This document shows, piece after piece, positions 49,897 to 61,349 of a stretch of 64,000 nucleotides of DNA (position 1 is its first letter; every line of letters starts with the position of its first letter). The notes under the pieces were generated by a model. That model was given only the letters and a program-made list of their open reading frames with translations, was not told where the DNA came from and ran no database searches. Source of the DNA: Anolis carolinensis (taxonomy: Eukaryota). The stretch lies in assembly GCF_035594765.1 (NCBI RefSeq), contig NC_085846.1:20819190-20883189 (forward strand), given 5' to 3'. Position numbers and translations under genes: made by a program.

Positions 49897-51499
49897 TCCA
49901 ACAAGGAATCATTTTAATTAGTAGAATATAGATTCTTTATTTATTTTAGAAATCAGTCCCTTAGACAAGCTATAGCTTGCTTTAAAATCACAGTTCAGTC
50001 CATCAGTCTATAATGGAGCTAAAACAACATAAAATATATTGATTTTCCTGATGAGCCCCCAAACCTCCTCTGACCCCTCTCAAATATGAAGAAAGGGCAG
50101 CTTGAATCTCGGTGGTCCCAATATTATTTCTGGGACTCTAATGGACACTTAAATCCCCCCCCACACACACACACACACTTGATTTTTATGTAAAAAAATA
50201 AACACACTGTCCACACAATTTGAGTAGTTAAGGAAAATATGTTCACATGTTACTTCCAACTTTTCTTCTATGATAGATACTTAGGCATCCATTAAAAAAA
50301 AGACTCCTTTTCTTGTCTGGGAGTAGATGAATTTGTGTTTCTATGTCATTTTTGAATAATTTTTGTTATGATTCCACTTTATTTTATTTCCATATTGACC
50401 TATTTAAAAAAAAAAAACAAACAGCCTCCAGAATATTTTACATTTCCACTTTTGAGAACATTGCCAATTAGATAAGCATGAAATTTGATGGCAGCCAAGT
50501 TCGGATCCACGCATCCATCCAATAAGTGTATGTCATACATTTGTATAGGCATTTACAAATATCGTGTTCTTTGGGCATCCACAACCAAAGCATTGACAAA
50601 CCTACTAAAATGACTGCACCAGACTGTGTCCTGGGATAATATTATGCCATCCAACCAGAATTAATTTGATAAGATATAAAGATATAGCAGAAAAAATGGC
50701 TTCACTGGAGCTATTCTCATAAATTACTTGTTATTAATTTCAAGTTAATCCTCAATAACATTTGGGTCATTTATTTTTATTCATTGGGAGTTGAGGTAAA
50801 ACTATTGAATTTTCAATCTGCCTTAAATCCCCAGGTACAAATGCTTCATCTTTACCCACAAATGCGAAAAGCTAGCATTTACTATAACACATACCTAATA
50901 AATGACCACAGAACTTCTTTTCTAAATATTATACCTTTTTGGTCTCAAAGTGATATCTTATCTGTGAGATGTTCACTCCACCTCCTGGTCATCTAGCCTC
51001 TGGAAAACAGAATGTGGGTCGAGAGCAAAGGATATTTAAATATGGACTTAAAGCTAACCTTAATAAATCTGGAATAAACACCAAGAACTGAGAAGTCAGT
51101 AGGAGGTCTACTGACCACTGGAGGTAAACTGTTACCAACAGTGCTATGGATTTTGAAGAGACATGAATAGGAGAAGTGTGCCAAGAGAAAGGCATGTCAA
51201 ACAAACCCTTATCAGGACTGCCTTCCCTTTGGAAATCTATGTCATCATTGTGAAAGACCATGCAGAACAGGTCTCTGCAGTCACAGACCCACCATCAAGA
51301 CTCCACCCTGGAAGACAATCATGCCCAGCCCTAAGGGATCGCCTATGATGATCATGGGGTTATGCCTTACAAAGGAAGATCCTCTGGCTCATGTGAAAGT
51401 AAGAGAATGTGTTCAGTATTAAGGATTACAGACATCTCACCCACGTCTCTCCACTCATATTTTGTCTGAATGACACTTGATAATATTTGATAATATTTG

Positions 51500-51681
51500 A
51501 CGTCCTTCCTCTTGGCACATTTCTCCCTTTTACCCCCCATTGTGCCTCTTCAAATTCCACAGCATTGTTGGCCACAGCTACAGCTGACCTCGAGTTAGAG
51601 CACTCAAATGCCAGGGCTTCCCAGTTCTCGATGTCTATGCCACAATTTTTAAAGTTAGCTTTAAGCCCACCTTTAAAACTC
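51500..51681 (-). mobile_element. RTE-clade LINE fragment
   Basis: Minus-strand reading FKGGLKANFKNCGIDIENWEALA resembles the RTE ORF C-terminus; it abuts the duplication breakpoint. Confidence 0.65.
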
Positions 51682-51713
51682 TGGTAAAGAATTCATTGCA
51701 AAACATCATCATC

Positions 51714-51745
<32 letters not shown>

Positions 51746-52983
51746 CTGCGATATAGTGACATATGCACTATTTAGCCACCTAAAGGGTTGGAAAATGACC
51801 ACTGCTACAATTATATTAGTTATAGCCATTCTGGTAGATAGCCCACATGATTCTATCATTGGGCATACTTTTGAGATCCTTATTGTTTCATAAGCTAAGG
51901 TACTATAGCACTGTTGCATAATATAAGTCTCTTCATGAAGACATTTTCATTAATTGTGCTATGTGACTGCTTTGTTAAATCGCACTAATACACATCAAAA
52001 ACAAAGCAATTAATGTGCATTAGAATGGAGTCAAATATTTGTAAACCTCTATGTAGCTGTGCCTCCAAGATGGCTCTGATTTATGGTAATCCTATCCTTG
52101 GATTTTGTTGGCCAGGTTTATTCAAAAGAGGTTGTCTCTTGCCTTTCTCCTAGATTGACAGAATGTGATGTCCAATGCCACCCAGTGGCTCTGGAGGAAT
52201 TTGAACCATGGTCAACTCAGTATCCTAGGACCTCATCACATTGTCTTCAGGAAACATTCTAGGATGCTTCTAAGATGCTTCCTCACCGGAGCCAATCTTA
52301 TGATGCAAAGCAACTTTTGGTGGAGCTCCAAACAGAAAGCGTTCTGTTCGGAGAACACAGGAGGCTTCCCATGTTCTCATTCGACAGTACGGGGCCAGTG
52401 CGGGGGAAAGCTGGGCAGCAATGCTCCCTTCTGTGAAATGGAAAAGGGGATGATGCGGGGCATGGAGCAATGGGTTCCCCATGCTACCCAATGAATGCCC
52501 CCACTGTTCCCCAGGTTCAGGACTTCAATGTGATGAAGTCCCTAGTAAAGCAGCCAAAGCACTACATCATGCTGGCTGCTGAGCTTCCATGTGTGATGCT
52601 AAGATTAGCAAGCACTGCCATGCAAAATGGCACTGTATGTAAATTTTACATCTCCATCAGTCAGAAATATCCTACCAGTTCTGCAGTGGAACTCACAAAT
52701 GCATGTGACCCTTTGCTCTGGATTATTCTGCACTATATACTGCCCTACAAAGTACTAATATACTGAGGGTTCTTAACAGTTCAAAGTGAGCAAAAATTGT
52801 TCAAATACTTTGATTTTTATTTTCCATAACACATTTTCTTAAATAAAGAAACAAGATGGGACAAACATTTTAAAACAAGCAAACATGGAAACTACCATAT
52901 ACAAACTGAAGACATCTACATGTTCTTTAAAGATTCACAAATCAGGCAGTACAATTGTAAAATGAAAGCCTTATCTAGAAACT

Positions 52984-53219
52984 TCACATTGGAAAAAGGT
53001 TCTCCTTAGCAGTCTCATCAAGGCATCTTTCACTTCCTTGTTCCTTAAACTGTATATTAATGGATTCAGCATTGGAATTACAATGGTGTAAAAAAAAAAA
53101 AGACACCACTTTGCCTTGGTTAGGAGAAGGTTGGCCATACATAAAGAAAGCAGTCCCAAAGAAGAAACTTACAGCAGTGACATGGGAAGAACATGTTGAG
53201 AAAACTTTGTGTTTTCCTT
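52984..53219 (-). pseudogene. OR pseudogene (TM6-TM7/C-terminus of an OR-C paralog)
   Basis: [11 protein letters not shown]...FFMYGQP and [26 protein letters not shown] are in different frames (+4 A-run expansion). 12-bp deletion; the 5' three quarters are missing. Confidence 0.92.
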
Positions 53220-53369
53220 GGGCACAAAGTATGTAAAAAAGAAAGATTCCAATGCTTCCCCCCATTTGTTTGAATGGATCAAGAAAGTCCAAAGTTAAAC
53301 ACCGAAATAATAAAAATAGCAATAAAAATAGCTGTGAAACTACCTCTCCCCATTTTGGAATATTCTGCA

Positions 53370-53576
53370 CTTTGGCCTAGATCTGTGTATTAGTCTCTTG
53401 TTTTTAACATTTTATGCTGTATGTTGATTTTAATGACTGTTTTATTGATGCTGATGTTTTTATTGTTGGGATATTTGTTTTATTGTTTTGTTGTTATTAT
53501 ATTGTGGTATTGGGCAAGGCCCCATGTAAGCCACTCCAAGTCCCTTCAGGGAGATGGGGCGGGGTATAAAAATAAA

Positions 53577-53630
<54 letters not shown>
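53370..53630 (+). mobile_element. L2 3' UTR fragment with (TTA)n tail
   Basis: GTAAGCCACTCCAAGTCCCTTCAGGGAGATGGGGCGGGGTATAAAAATAAAG + (TTA)n. Confidence 0.8.
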
Positions 53631-53631
<1 letters not shown>

Positions 53632-53868
53632 TTTTATAACATTCTGATCTCAGATTTTCCGTAATTGAAAAGCCCATACATCCCCAGGAGGAATTTTCCT
53701 GGACTGTCATTGTTACAATTGACTGCGAAAATTATCTTTCTTTAAATGTCTTATTTGCCTTATTTTGTTTGCCTTGATCCACTGACCTGAAATAATGAAT
53801 CTGATAAGTACAGGAGTCAAGCACACATTCAGCTTTCTAGCGCAATCTAAGACAAGACAAGGCGCGTA

Positions 53869-54020
53869 CCTGAAGCAAGGGAGCAAAGGTGGCTTCTTGC
53901 TTCCTCAACTTCTCTGGGAACCCAACTATTGCTTGAGTTCAGCAGCAGGCTTAAATACTCAGCCTGAAGCAAAGGAACAAAGGTGGCTTCTTGCTTCCTC
54001 AACTTCTGTGAGAACCCAAC
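53869..54020. repeat. ~57-bp direct repeat x2 (period ~95 bp) upstream of the FN2 gene
   Basis: CTGAAGCAA.GGA.CAAAGGTGGCTTCTTGCTTCCTCAACTTCT.TG.GAACCCAAC at ~53869 and ~53964. Confidence 0.85.
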
Positions 54021-54029
54021 AGGGGACAG

Positions 54030-54037
54030 GATAAAAA
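54030..54037 (+). promoter_or_regulatory. TATA-like GATAAAAA for the FN2 gene
   Basis: About 55 bp upstream of the ATG of the signal-peptide exon. Confidence 0.35.
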
Positions 54038-54090
54038 GGAATGAGTGAACTCTCAATTCTTCATATTTGTCCAATCAACTCTGAAAGGAG

Positions 54091-54157
54091 ATGGCCTCTA
54101 TTGTCAACTCTCTCTTGTGCTTCTGGACTTTCCTATCACTGCTGAGAGCAAACGAAG
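54091..54157 (+). CDS. Putative first coding exon: signal peptide MASIVNSLLCFWTFLSLLRA-NE (phase-1 donor)
   Basis: Strong Kozak GAGATGG, hydrophobic core, L-R-A cleavage-like site, AAG|GTAAGG donor; phase compatible with the downstream FN2 exons. Confidence 0.7.
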
Positions 54158-55565
54158 GTAAGGAATATTTCAGTTAGTATTCATGGTTCAGTTAACCTGT
54201 TTTAGTAATAAATCTCTGACTTCTGCTATCAGAAGTTCTGGCAAGTTATTTTGCAGTGGCTTTGCCTAAAGTAGGATAAAGTCTATCTAAAGCAAAACAA
54301 AACAAAACAAAAACACCCTAAATAAAACATGGGACAATTATCTTTAGTGACAGTGCATGGTGAAGAATACCAGAGGTACATTTGGGGTGAGAACACTTTT
54401 TTCTCATGTTTTCAAACCCTTGGTCTTCTGTCCTGCCATACTTGTGGACCAGAGGTTTCACTTAATTGTTTCTTGATTGTTACAGGATTTCACTTCATTT
54501 CTCCACCATTGACCTGAATCTTTCTGATTTGACCCCATGAATTTCAAAATTAATTCTGTCCTCAGATCATATGCAATTTACTTGTTGGTTCCTTTCCATC
54601 TTGCTATCCTTTGTTAGCAGAAAAATCACACATACTTATAACAAACTGGACATGATTCTCTATATGATGGTGTCAATGTTTCATTTTATGCTCTTTCTTT
54701 TCTTTTTTGCTGTGGCATATGTGTACTTCTAAAATCTTTTATAGATTAGCTGCCTTCCTCATGAGAAGTTCACTACAACTGCCAGTAAAATCATGTGGAA
54801 TTTTCTTCTACGTGCTCTCATTTGGACAGGTGCATGGATAAAATTCTACACTGAAGGAATTTTAATTCAACATGCATTCATTCACATCAAGATTCTTTCC
54901 CCAGTATCTTAGTTTTACACATGTTCATTTAAAACACATCTGAGGAACTGCACAATTAAAAGGCAAATGTTAGTGCATTTGGGGAAGGTAATAGAAGGCG
55001 CTGAACTTTTTTAAAAAAATAAATGACAATGAAATACAGTATTACAAAATTCATATATTTAAAAATGGAGGGAACAACTGAATTCTGAATGCATTGATTA
55101 CACTTCTGACCAGGAAAAAGTGTGCTAATCTTCCAACCTTTTTCCTGGTTGTGTAGGTGCCTTTGTTGATGTTAGAGTTGGGGACTTGAGATGGCCAGAG
55201 ACTCACACAGATCTCTGTTGCTGGCTGGCTGCCTGGGAATGGTGATGATTGTGATATGGGCATGTTCTGTCTCCATTCCACAGCATGCGTAACTCCCTGT
55301 GTGGACAGTTGACCAGTTTAACTCAGTCCCAGTCTAGCTGTTTATTCTGCCCAGAAGCCACAGAACACTAGGGAGTTTCAAACAACTTCCTGAGTACAAA
55401 CCCAGTAGCAGATAGACAATTTAACCTAGTATAATCTATGATACTCATTGGAAATAGGGGTATGTTGTGAAAACAGCTTGGATGCAACTCAAGGAGAATA
55501 TGGGCATTAATCTCTCTATAGATGAGCCCTGAATCTGACCTTTTCTGGAAAGCAAGGAAACATTA

Positions 55566-56243
55566 GGCGGTTCCAGACAACAGTAAAGTCTGCTTCAACC
55601 CGGGTTTAAAAAACCCGGGTGTAGTCTGCACACTGCCCCAAAAGCCCATGCTTTCCATGGGTGCTGTCTACATGTCCTCATGGTATCTACCGGAAGAACA
55701 TGGAGACAGCCCCCACCCCCACCCAAAACCCCTTAAAATGGAGGAAAACAGTAAAAAATAACTTACTGGGCTCCATTAGGTCTCACAGCTCAGTCCCTGG
55801 AATGTACCATTATATGCGAAAAATTGCTCCTGCCTCCCCTTTGGTTTTTCGCCCATAGTGGTACATCCCAGGGACTGTGCTGTGAGACCTAATGGAGGCC
55901 AGTAAGTTATTTTTACTTACTATTTTCCCCATTTTTAAGGATTTTGGGAGGAGGAGAGGGCACTCTTGCACCTTCTGGCCTCCAAGAAGGTGTGAGATGG
56001 GTGTTTGGACAGGCCACAGGGAAGTCCCAGGATTCTCCGTGGGCCTGTCCACACAAGACCATTGTCTATTAGACTCAGTCCTTTCAGAAAGGTGCATGTC
56101 TAATGGGCTATCAAATTAATTCACTGCAGACCAGGGTTTCCTGGTTTGCAGCGAATGAATTCATTTGTGTGTAGTACGTCATCTGGATGGCCCACTTTAA
56201 AGTGCGGGAACTCCCGCTTTAAAGGGGTTGTCTGGATACTCCC
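55566..56243. mobile_element. Harbinger-like MITE with long internal inverted repeat (~55725-55950)
   Basis: GGCGGTTCCAGACAAC / GTTGTCTGGATACTCCC ends; arms of about 95 bp around a short loop. Confidence 0.6.
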
Positions 56244-57202
56244 ATAGTCAACTCAATAAATTTTGAAGGATATTGAAAATGCAACAGAGATATCTTCAGG
56301 AAAACAATCACAGATAGGATTTTTTTTAAAAAAAAACTTTTCCTTACATGCCTTTTTCTTCTCGCAACCCAGCAATGGCCCCGAGGATGTCCTTCGGTGT
56401 CCCTTTTATTTATCTTTAGTTTTGGGTCCATAATATAAGAATGTGGGGAAACTATCAAGACCTTTCTCTTTCTGGCTTATTCTTCCTTGTAAATACTTTC
56501 TACTCTAACATTGGTGTTCCAAATGATGCCTAAAGTTAAAATGAATTCCTTCGGGACAAAGCAGGAAAACCCTGCTTTGGAATAAAGTGCCAGGAATAAC
56601 TCTCTTCCCCTAGCAAGGATACTGATTATGCAAGTTAGAGGTCTCTGAAGGCACATCCACACAGGATGGAAAATGCGCACCATTCTTGATTTTTACCTGG
56701 GACGTCCAAATGACGCCTCAGGTAAAAACAAATTCCTTCAGCACAAAGCAGGAAAACCCTGCTTTATATCAAAGTAATTTAACAGCTAGAAAGACACAGG
56801 TCCTTCAGAAGACCTGGGTCTTTCCAGCTGTGGGCGCTGCGTGAATTGGGCCAGGGGATCGCGTCTCATGAAACCTGGCCCCAATCCACACAGCTGTCTT
56901 GGGATTTCTGGGCTCCTTGACCCCAAAAACCAAGACAGCCCCCTCCCCTCACAAAACCCCTTAAAAACCCTACAAGGAGCATCTGTACACCCTTTCCCCA
57001 GGAAAGTACAGGTTGGCGCAAACTTCTTCCCTGTCTGGAACTGGCCTGAATTTTAGTCCAAAAAAATAATACTTGTGACCTCTGGTAGTAATTCTCCCTT
57101 ACAAATTATAAATTTAATTCCTCAGTGCAATTCTTTTTTTTTTTTTTGCAAAATTCACATTAATGTATTTTACGTTTATGACTCCTTTCCCTATCTCCAA
57201 AG

Positions 57203-57346
57203 GAAAGCCCTGCGTCTTTCCCTTCATCTACAGAGACCGCACATTCCATACTTGCACCAATGAGAACTCAGAAGATGGGAGATTTTGGTGTGCTACAACA
57301 GGAAACTATGACAAGGATAAGCAGTGGAGATATTGTGCTGAGTCAA
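57203..57346 (+). CDS. FN2 domain exon 1 (144 bp, phase 1-1, derived acceptor)
   Basis: KPCVFPFIYRDRTFHTCTNENSEDGRFWCATTGNYDKDKQWRYC; CTCCAAAG| acceptor, A|GTAAGT donor. Confidence 0.7.
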
Positions 57347-58556
57347 GTAAGTCAGAAATAAAAGACAGGAGAGAAAAACTGGGACATTTTAAAAGCAGCT
57401 GAAAGAATGGAGGAATAATTTGGACTTTTCCAGCTAAATTGGGACAGGTAAAGGGGTGTGCACACTTTTGTAAAACTATTAATTGTAGGCCAGTATGAGA
57501 TTATCAGCTCTCTTGTTTCTACCTAGGATAAAGATGAACTAGGAAAATTAGTAAAAGAGGTTGATATATTCCACTCCAAACTAATTGAAGTGGGTAATAT
57601 GTGTTCATACATTTACTCCTCTCTCTTTCCTCAGATCTCAGATTTGCAAATTGACTACCACCAAAATTCCCTTCCTTCAGAACAAGTTAACATGACAATC
57701 CCAAAAGGCTCCAGGAATCATGATATCCATGCATACTTTTATTTATATTAAAGCTTTTCCACAGTTTAGGGTGCAAGGCAGCTTCAACACACATACAAAT
57801 ACAGTGAAGACACATTTAGTTAAAAACATACAAAAGCTGAAATTAAACCAGCATTCCTTTAAAACAAAGCACACAGTTTCCAGGATGCCTTGTTTTAATT
57901 TATCTTCTTGTTTCAGCGGAAGAGGATGAGGCCACATCTACACTGCCATATAAAATCCAGATTATCTGCTTTGAACTGGATTATTTGGCATTGTAGACTC
58001 ATATAATCCAGTTCAAAGCAGATAATGTGCCTTATCCAATTTGATAATGTGGATTACATTGCAGTGTTTATCCAACCTGATAGGAACTACTGCTTCTTCT
58101 GGGAAACAGGGAGTTGATTCCTGGGCCTCTTCCACATAGCTGAATAAAATCCCATATTATCTGCTTTGAAATGGAATATATGGCAGTGTGTACTCAGATA
58201 GCAAAGGGCCCTTCCACACAGCCATATCACCCAGAATGTCAAGGCAGGAAATCCCACATGTTCTGATTTGAATTGGAATATATAGCAGTGTGGACACACA
58301 GATAACCCAGTTCAAAGCAGAAAATGTGGGATTTCCTGCCTTGATATTCTGGGTTATAGGTCTGAGTCTGCTTAGATTTCAAGACTGAAAGGGTGCTAAT
58401 GTCTTTAAGATATCGAGACACCTACAGCTACCTCTTAATAAATCCAAGGTTAAAGAGGTGGGAAGGCAAAAGAGACCAACCAAAGATGAAGGTCAAGGCA
58501 CTGGACCCTCTACAGCAGTTATTTTTAATTTCTTTCTTTCTCTCTCTCCCTCTCTC

Positions 58557-58596
<40 letters not shown>

Positions 58597-58600
58597 GAAG

Positions 58601-58756
58601 GTAACTCCAACGGCAAGCCCTGCGTCTTTCCCTTCATCTACAGGGACCATACATTCCACACTTGCACCAATGAGAACTCAGAAGATGGGAGATTTTGGTG
58701 TGCTACAACAGGAAACTATGACAAGGATAAGCAGTGGAGCTATTGTACTGATTCAA
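58601..58756 (+). CDS. FN2 domain exon 2 (156 bp, phase 1-1)
   Basis: (CT)n TATGAAG| acceptor, C-x-FPF-x-Y...C...WC...Y...W-x-YC FN2 pattern, A|GTAAGT donor. Confidence 0.88.
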
Positions 58757-58851
58757 GTAAGTCAGAAAAAGGGACAGGAGAGACAAAATTGGAACATATT
58801 AAAAGTAGCTGAAAAAATGAAGGAATAATTTGGAGTTTTCCAGCTACAATA

Positions 58852-59290
58852 GGGCCTCTTCCATACAGCTGAATAAAATCCCACATTATCTGCTTTGAAA
58901 CTGGGATATATGGCAGTGTGGGCTCAGATAACCAAGTTCAAGACAGATACTGTGGGATTTTCTGCCTTGATATTCTGGGATACAGGGCTGTGTGGAAGGG
59001 CCCTGGAACAGGTAAAGGAAAATAGATTATCTGCTTTGAACTGGATTATATGGCAGTGTGGACTCAGATAACCCAGTTCAAAGCAGATATTGTTTGATTT
59101 TCTGCCTTGATATTCTGGGTTTTATGGCTGTGTGGAAGGGCCCTCCGTTCAAGGTAGATATTGTGTATTATCTGCCTTGATATTCTGGATTATATGGCAG
59201 ACTGGAAGAGCCCTCAGGCACAGCTGAATAAAATACCACATTATCTCCTTTGAACTGGAATATATGGCAGTGCGGACTCAGATAACCCAG
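58852..59290. mobile_element. Cluster of short palindromic GGGCCCTTCCACACAGC-type MITE pieces (also ~57928-58360 and ~63533-63719)
   Basis: Repeated ATTATCTGCTTTGAACTGG...GGCAGTGTGGACTCAGATAACCCAGTTCAAAGCAGAT self-complementary units. Confidence 0.65.
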
Positions 59291-61193
59291 TGGCAAAAAG
59301 TTCCATGAAAAGAGAAGTGGGGAGGTCCATACTGGCTGGTAAATCAATGGCCAGACCAGAATAGAAATTACAGCCATGTGTATTCTGCTTAACCCACTGT
59401 GGTGTCATGATATCTACATAGTTCAACTGGGCTGAGACTGCATCAGCCTTATTGGACCATCACCTCACCTATTGGGCCACCATTGCCGATCTTCCCACCT
59501 TTGTCCTGGTCATGTGTGTCCCGCTACTGAAGGGACACCATACCAGAAATAACTCACACAAAGTTCTGTAGATGTCTAGAAGTGGTGACAGTGACAAACC
59601 ATGGCCAGGGAGAATGGGATGGTGATGGTGTCTTAACTGGACAGAGGACAAGCTTGAATTGGACCAGATCCAGCTGTTCCCACTGACCCAAAGCTGTGGA
59701 ATACTCCAGAGTTTCTTGAACATCCCAGACCATTTCCCCAAATTTCTTGAAGTTAAACAAAGCTGCTGTCACCCAGGATACTCCACACACTTCATTAAAA
59801 GTGCTGCAATGTTATGATTCAGGGTATTCAGGGTAAATCTGATTTTCTTTTTTCATGCAGATTCACTGCAGATAGAAAAAGTTACATTATTGAAATAAAG
59901 TGACCAAATTCACTCCCTCTCCCCAGCAAGGATACTGATTATGCAAGCTAGTGGTCTCTGATGGCGTATCCACACAAGGTGGAAAATGCGCAGCCTCTTG
60001 CATTTATATCTGGAGCGTCCAAATGACACCTCAGGAAAATCTAATTCCTTTGGCACAAAGCAGGAAAACCTTGCTTTGTGTAGAAATAATTAGACAGCTG
60101 GAAAGACCTGGGTCTTTCAGAAGACCCAGGTCTTTTCAGCTGTGGGCGCTGTGTGGATTGGGCCAGGGAATCGCATCACCTGATTCTGGCCTAAATCCAC
60201 ACAGCTGTCATGGAATTTTTCAGCTCCTGGAGCCCAAAAACCCAAAGAGAGCCCCCACTCCCTCCCAAATCACCTTTTAAAAACCAAAATACTTACCCAG
60301 TCAGCATTTCTCTGTCCCTGGCCCTTTCCTGGCACATGTACATGACGCACCAGGAGAAGATGGGTAGGAAAATCGCTTCTGCCCCCCCTTCTCCTGATGT
60401 GCCATTTCTATGTGCCAGGAGAAATGTGGCTGCAGGGGGATGCTGGGGGTTTTTCTTTTGTGTCTGAGTGCCCTTCCGGAAGGTGCAGGAAGGCATCTGG
60501 ACACCCCCCCCCCCACACACACACACACATACACATAGCAAAGCGCAGGCTTTCGAGCCAGTGTGGGGACAGAAGGCTGCCGTAACCCGGGCTTTTTAAA
60601 CCTGGGTCACTGCGGACTTCTTCCCTGTCTGGAACTGGCCTGAGCTGTAGTCCAAAGAAGAAATATTTGTGACCTCTGATAGTAATCTTCCCTTACAAAT
60701 TATATAGTTGATCCCTCAAAATAATTCCATTTTTGTGAAATTCACATCAAAGTATTTTATGTTAATGACTCCTTTCCTTATCTCTATATTTGTTATATGA
60801 CAACTCCACACAGATTTTTAAAAAAATCTCTAGATATATATGTTGTGCCTATTTTTCAAATATAAGTTTTAATGTATGGTGGTGTCCCACTGACTAAAGT
60901 GTACTGTGTGTGTGTGTGTGTGTGTGTGTGTCATTTGTTCCTATGAAATATAGCACGTAGAACCCAGTACTCATTGGTGGTCTCCCATCAGGGCTCAGCC
61001 TCCTTAGATTTCAATACTGCAAGTGATCTAATGTCTTTAAGATATCTGATCACCTACAGCTACCTCTTAATAAATCCAAGGTTAAAGAGATGGGGTGGTA
61101 AGAGAGAGCAACCAAAGATGAGGGTCAGGGCACTGGACCCTCTACACCGTCTTTTTAAATTTCACCCTCTCTCTCTCCCTCTCTTTTATGAAG

Positions 61194-61349
61194 GTATCTC
61201 CAACGGCAAGCCCTGCGTCTTTCCCTTCATCTACAGAGACCGCACATTCCATACTTGCACCAATGAGAATTCAGAGGGTGGGAGATTTTGGTGTGCTACA
61301 ACAGGAAACTATGACAAGGACAAGCAGTGGAGCTATTGTGATGATTCAA
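61194..61349 (+). CDS. FN2 domain exon 3 (156 bp, phase 1-1)
   Basis: Same splice signals and FN2 motif as exon 2. Confidence 0.88.

Larger units (their letters stand above)
51682..53792. repeat. Segmental duplication copy B (of 20393-23002) with internal deletion/replacement
   Basis: Matches 20393-21912, then ~410 bp of foreign sequence, then resumes at ~53631 = 22851. Confidence 0.92.

Noticed and set aside
50950-51300. Possible decayed L2 endonuclease (LLVTVY...FL...DLL)
   Set aside because: Too degenerate; no GDFN motif visible.
54486-55290. Possible extra exons after acceptors at ~54485 and ~55156
   Set aside because: In phase 1 both hit stop codons without a compatible donor.
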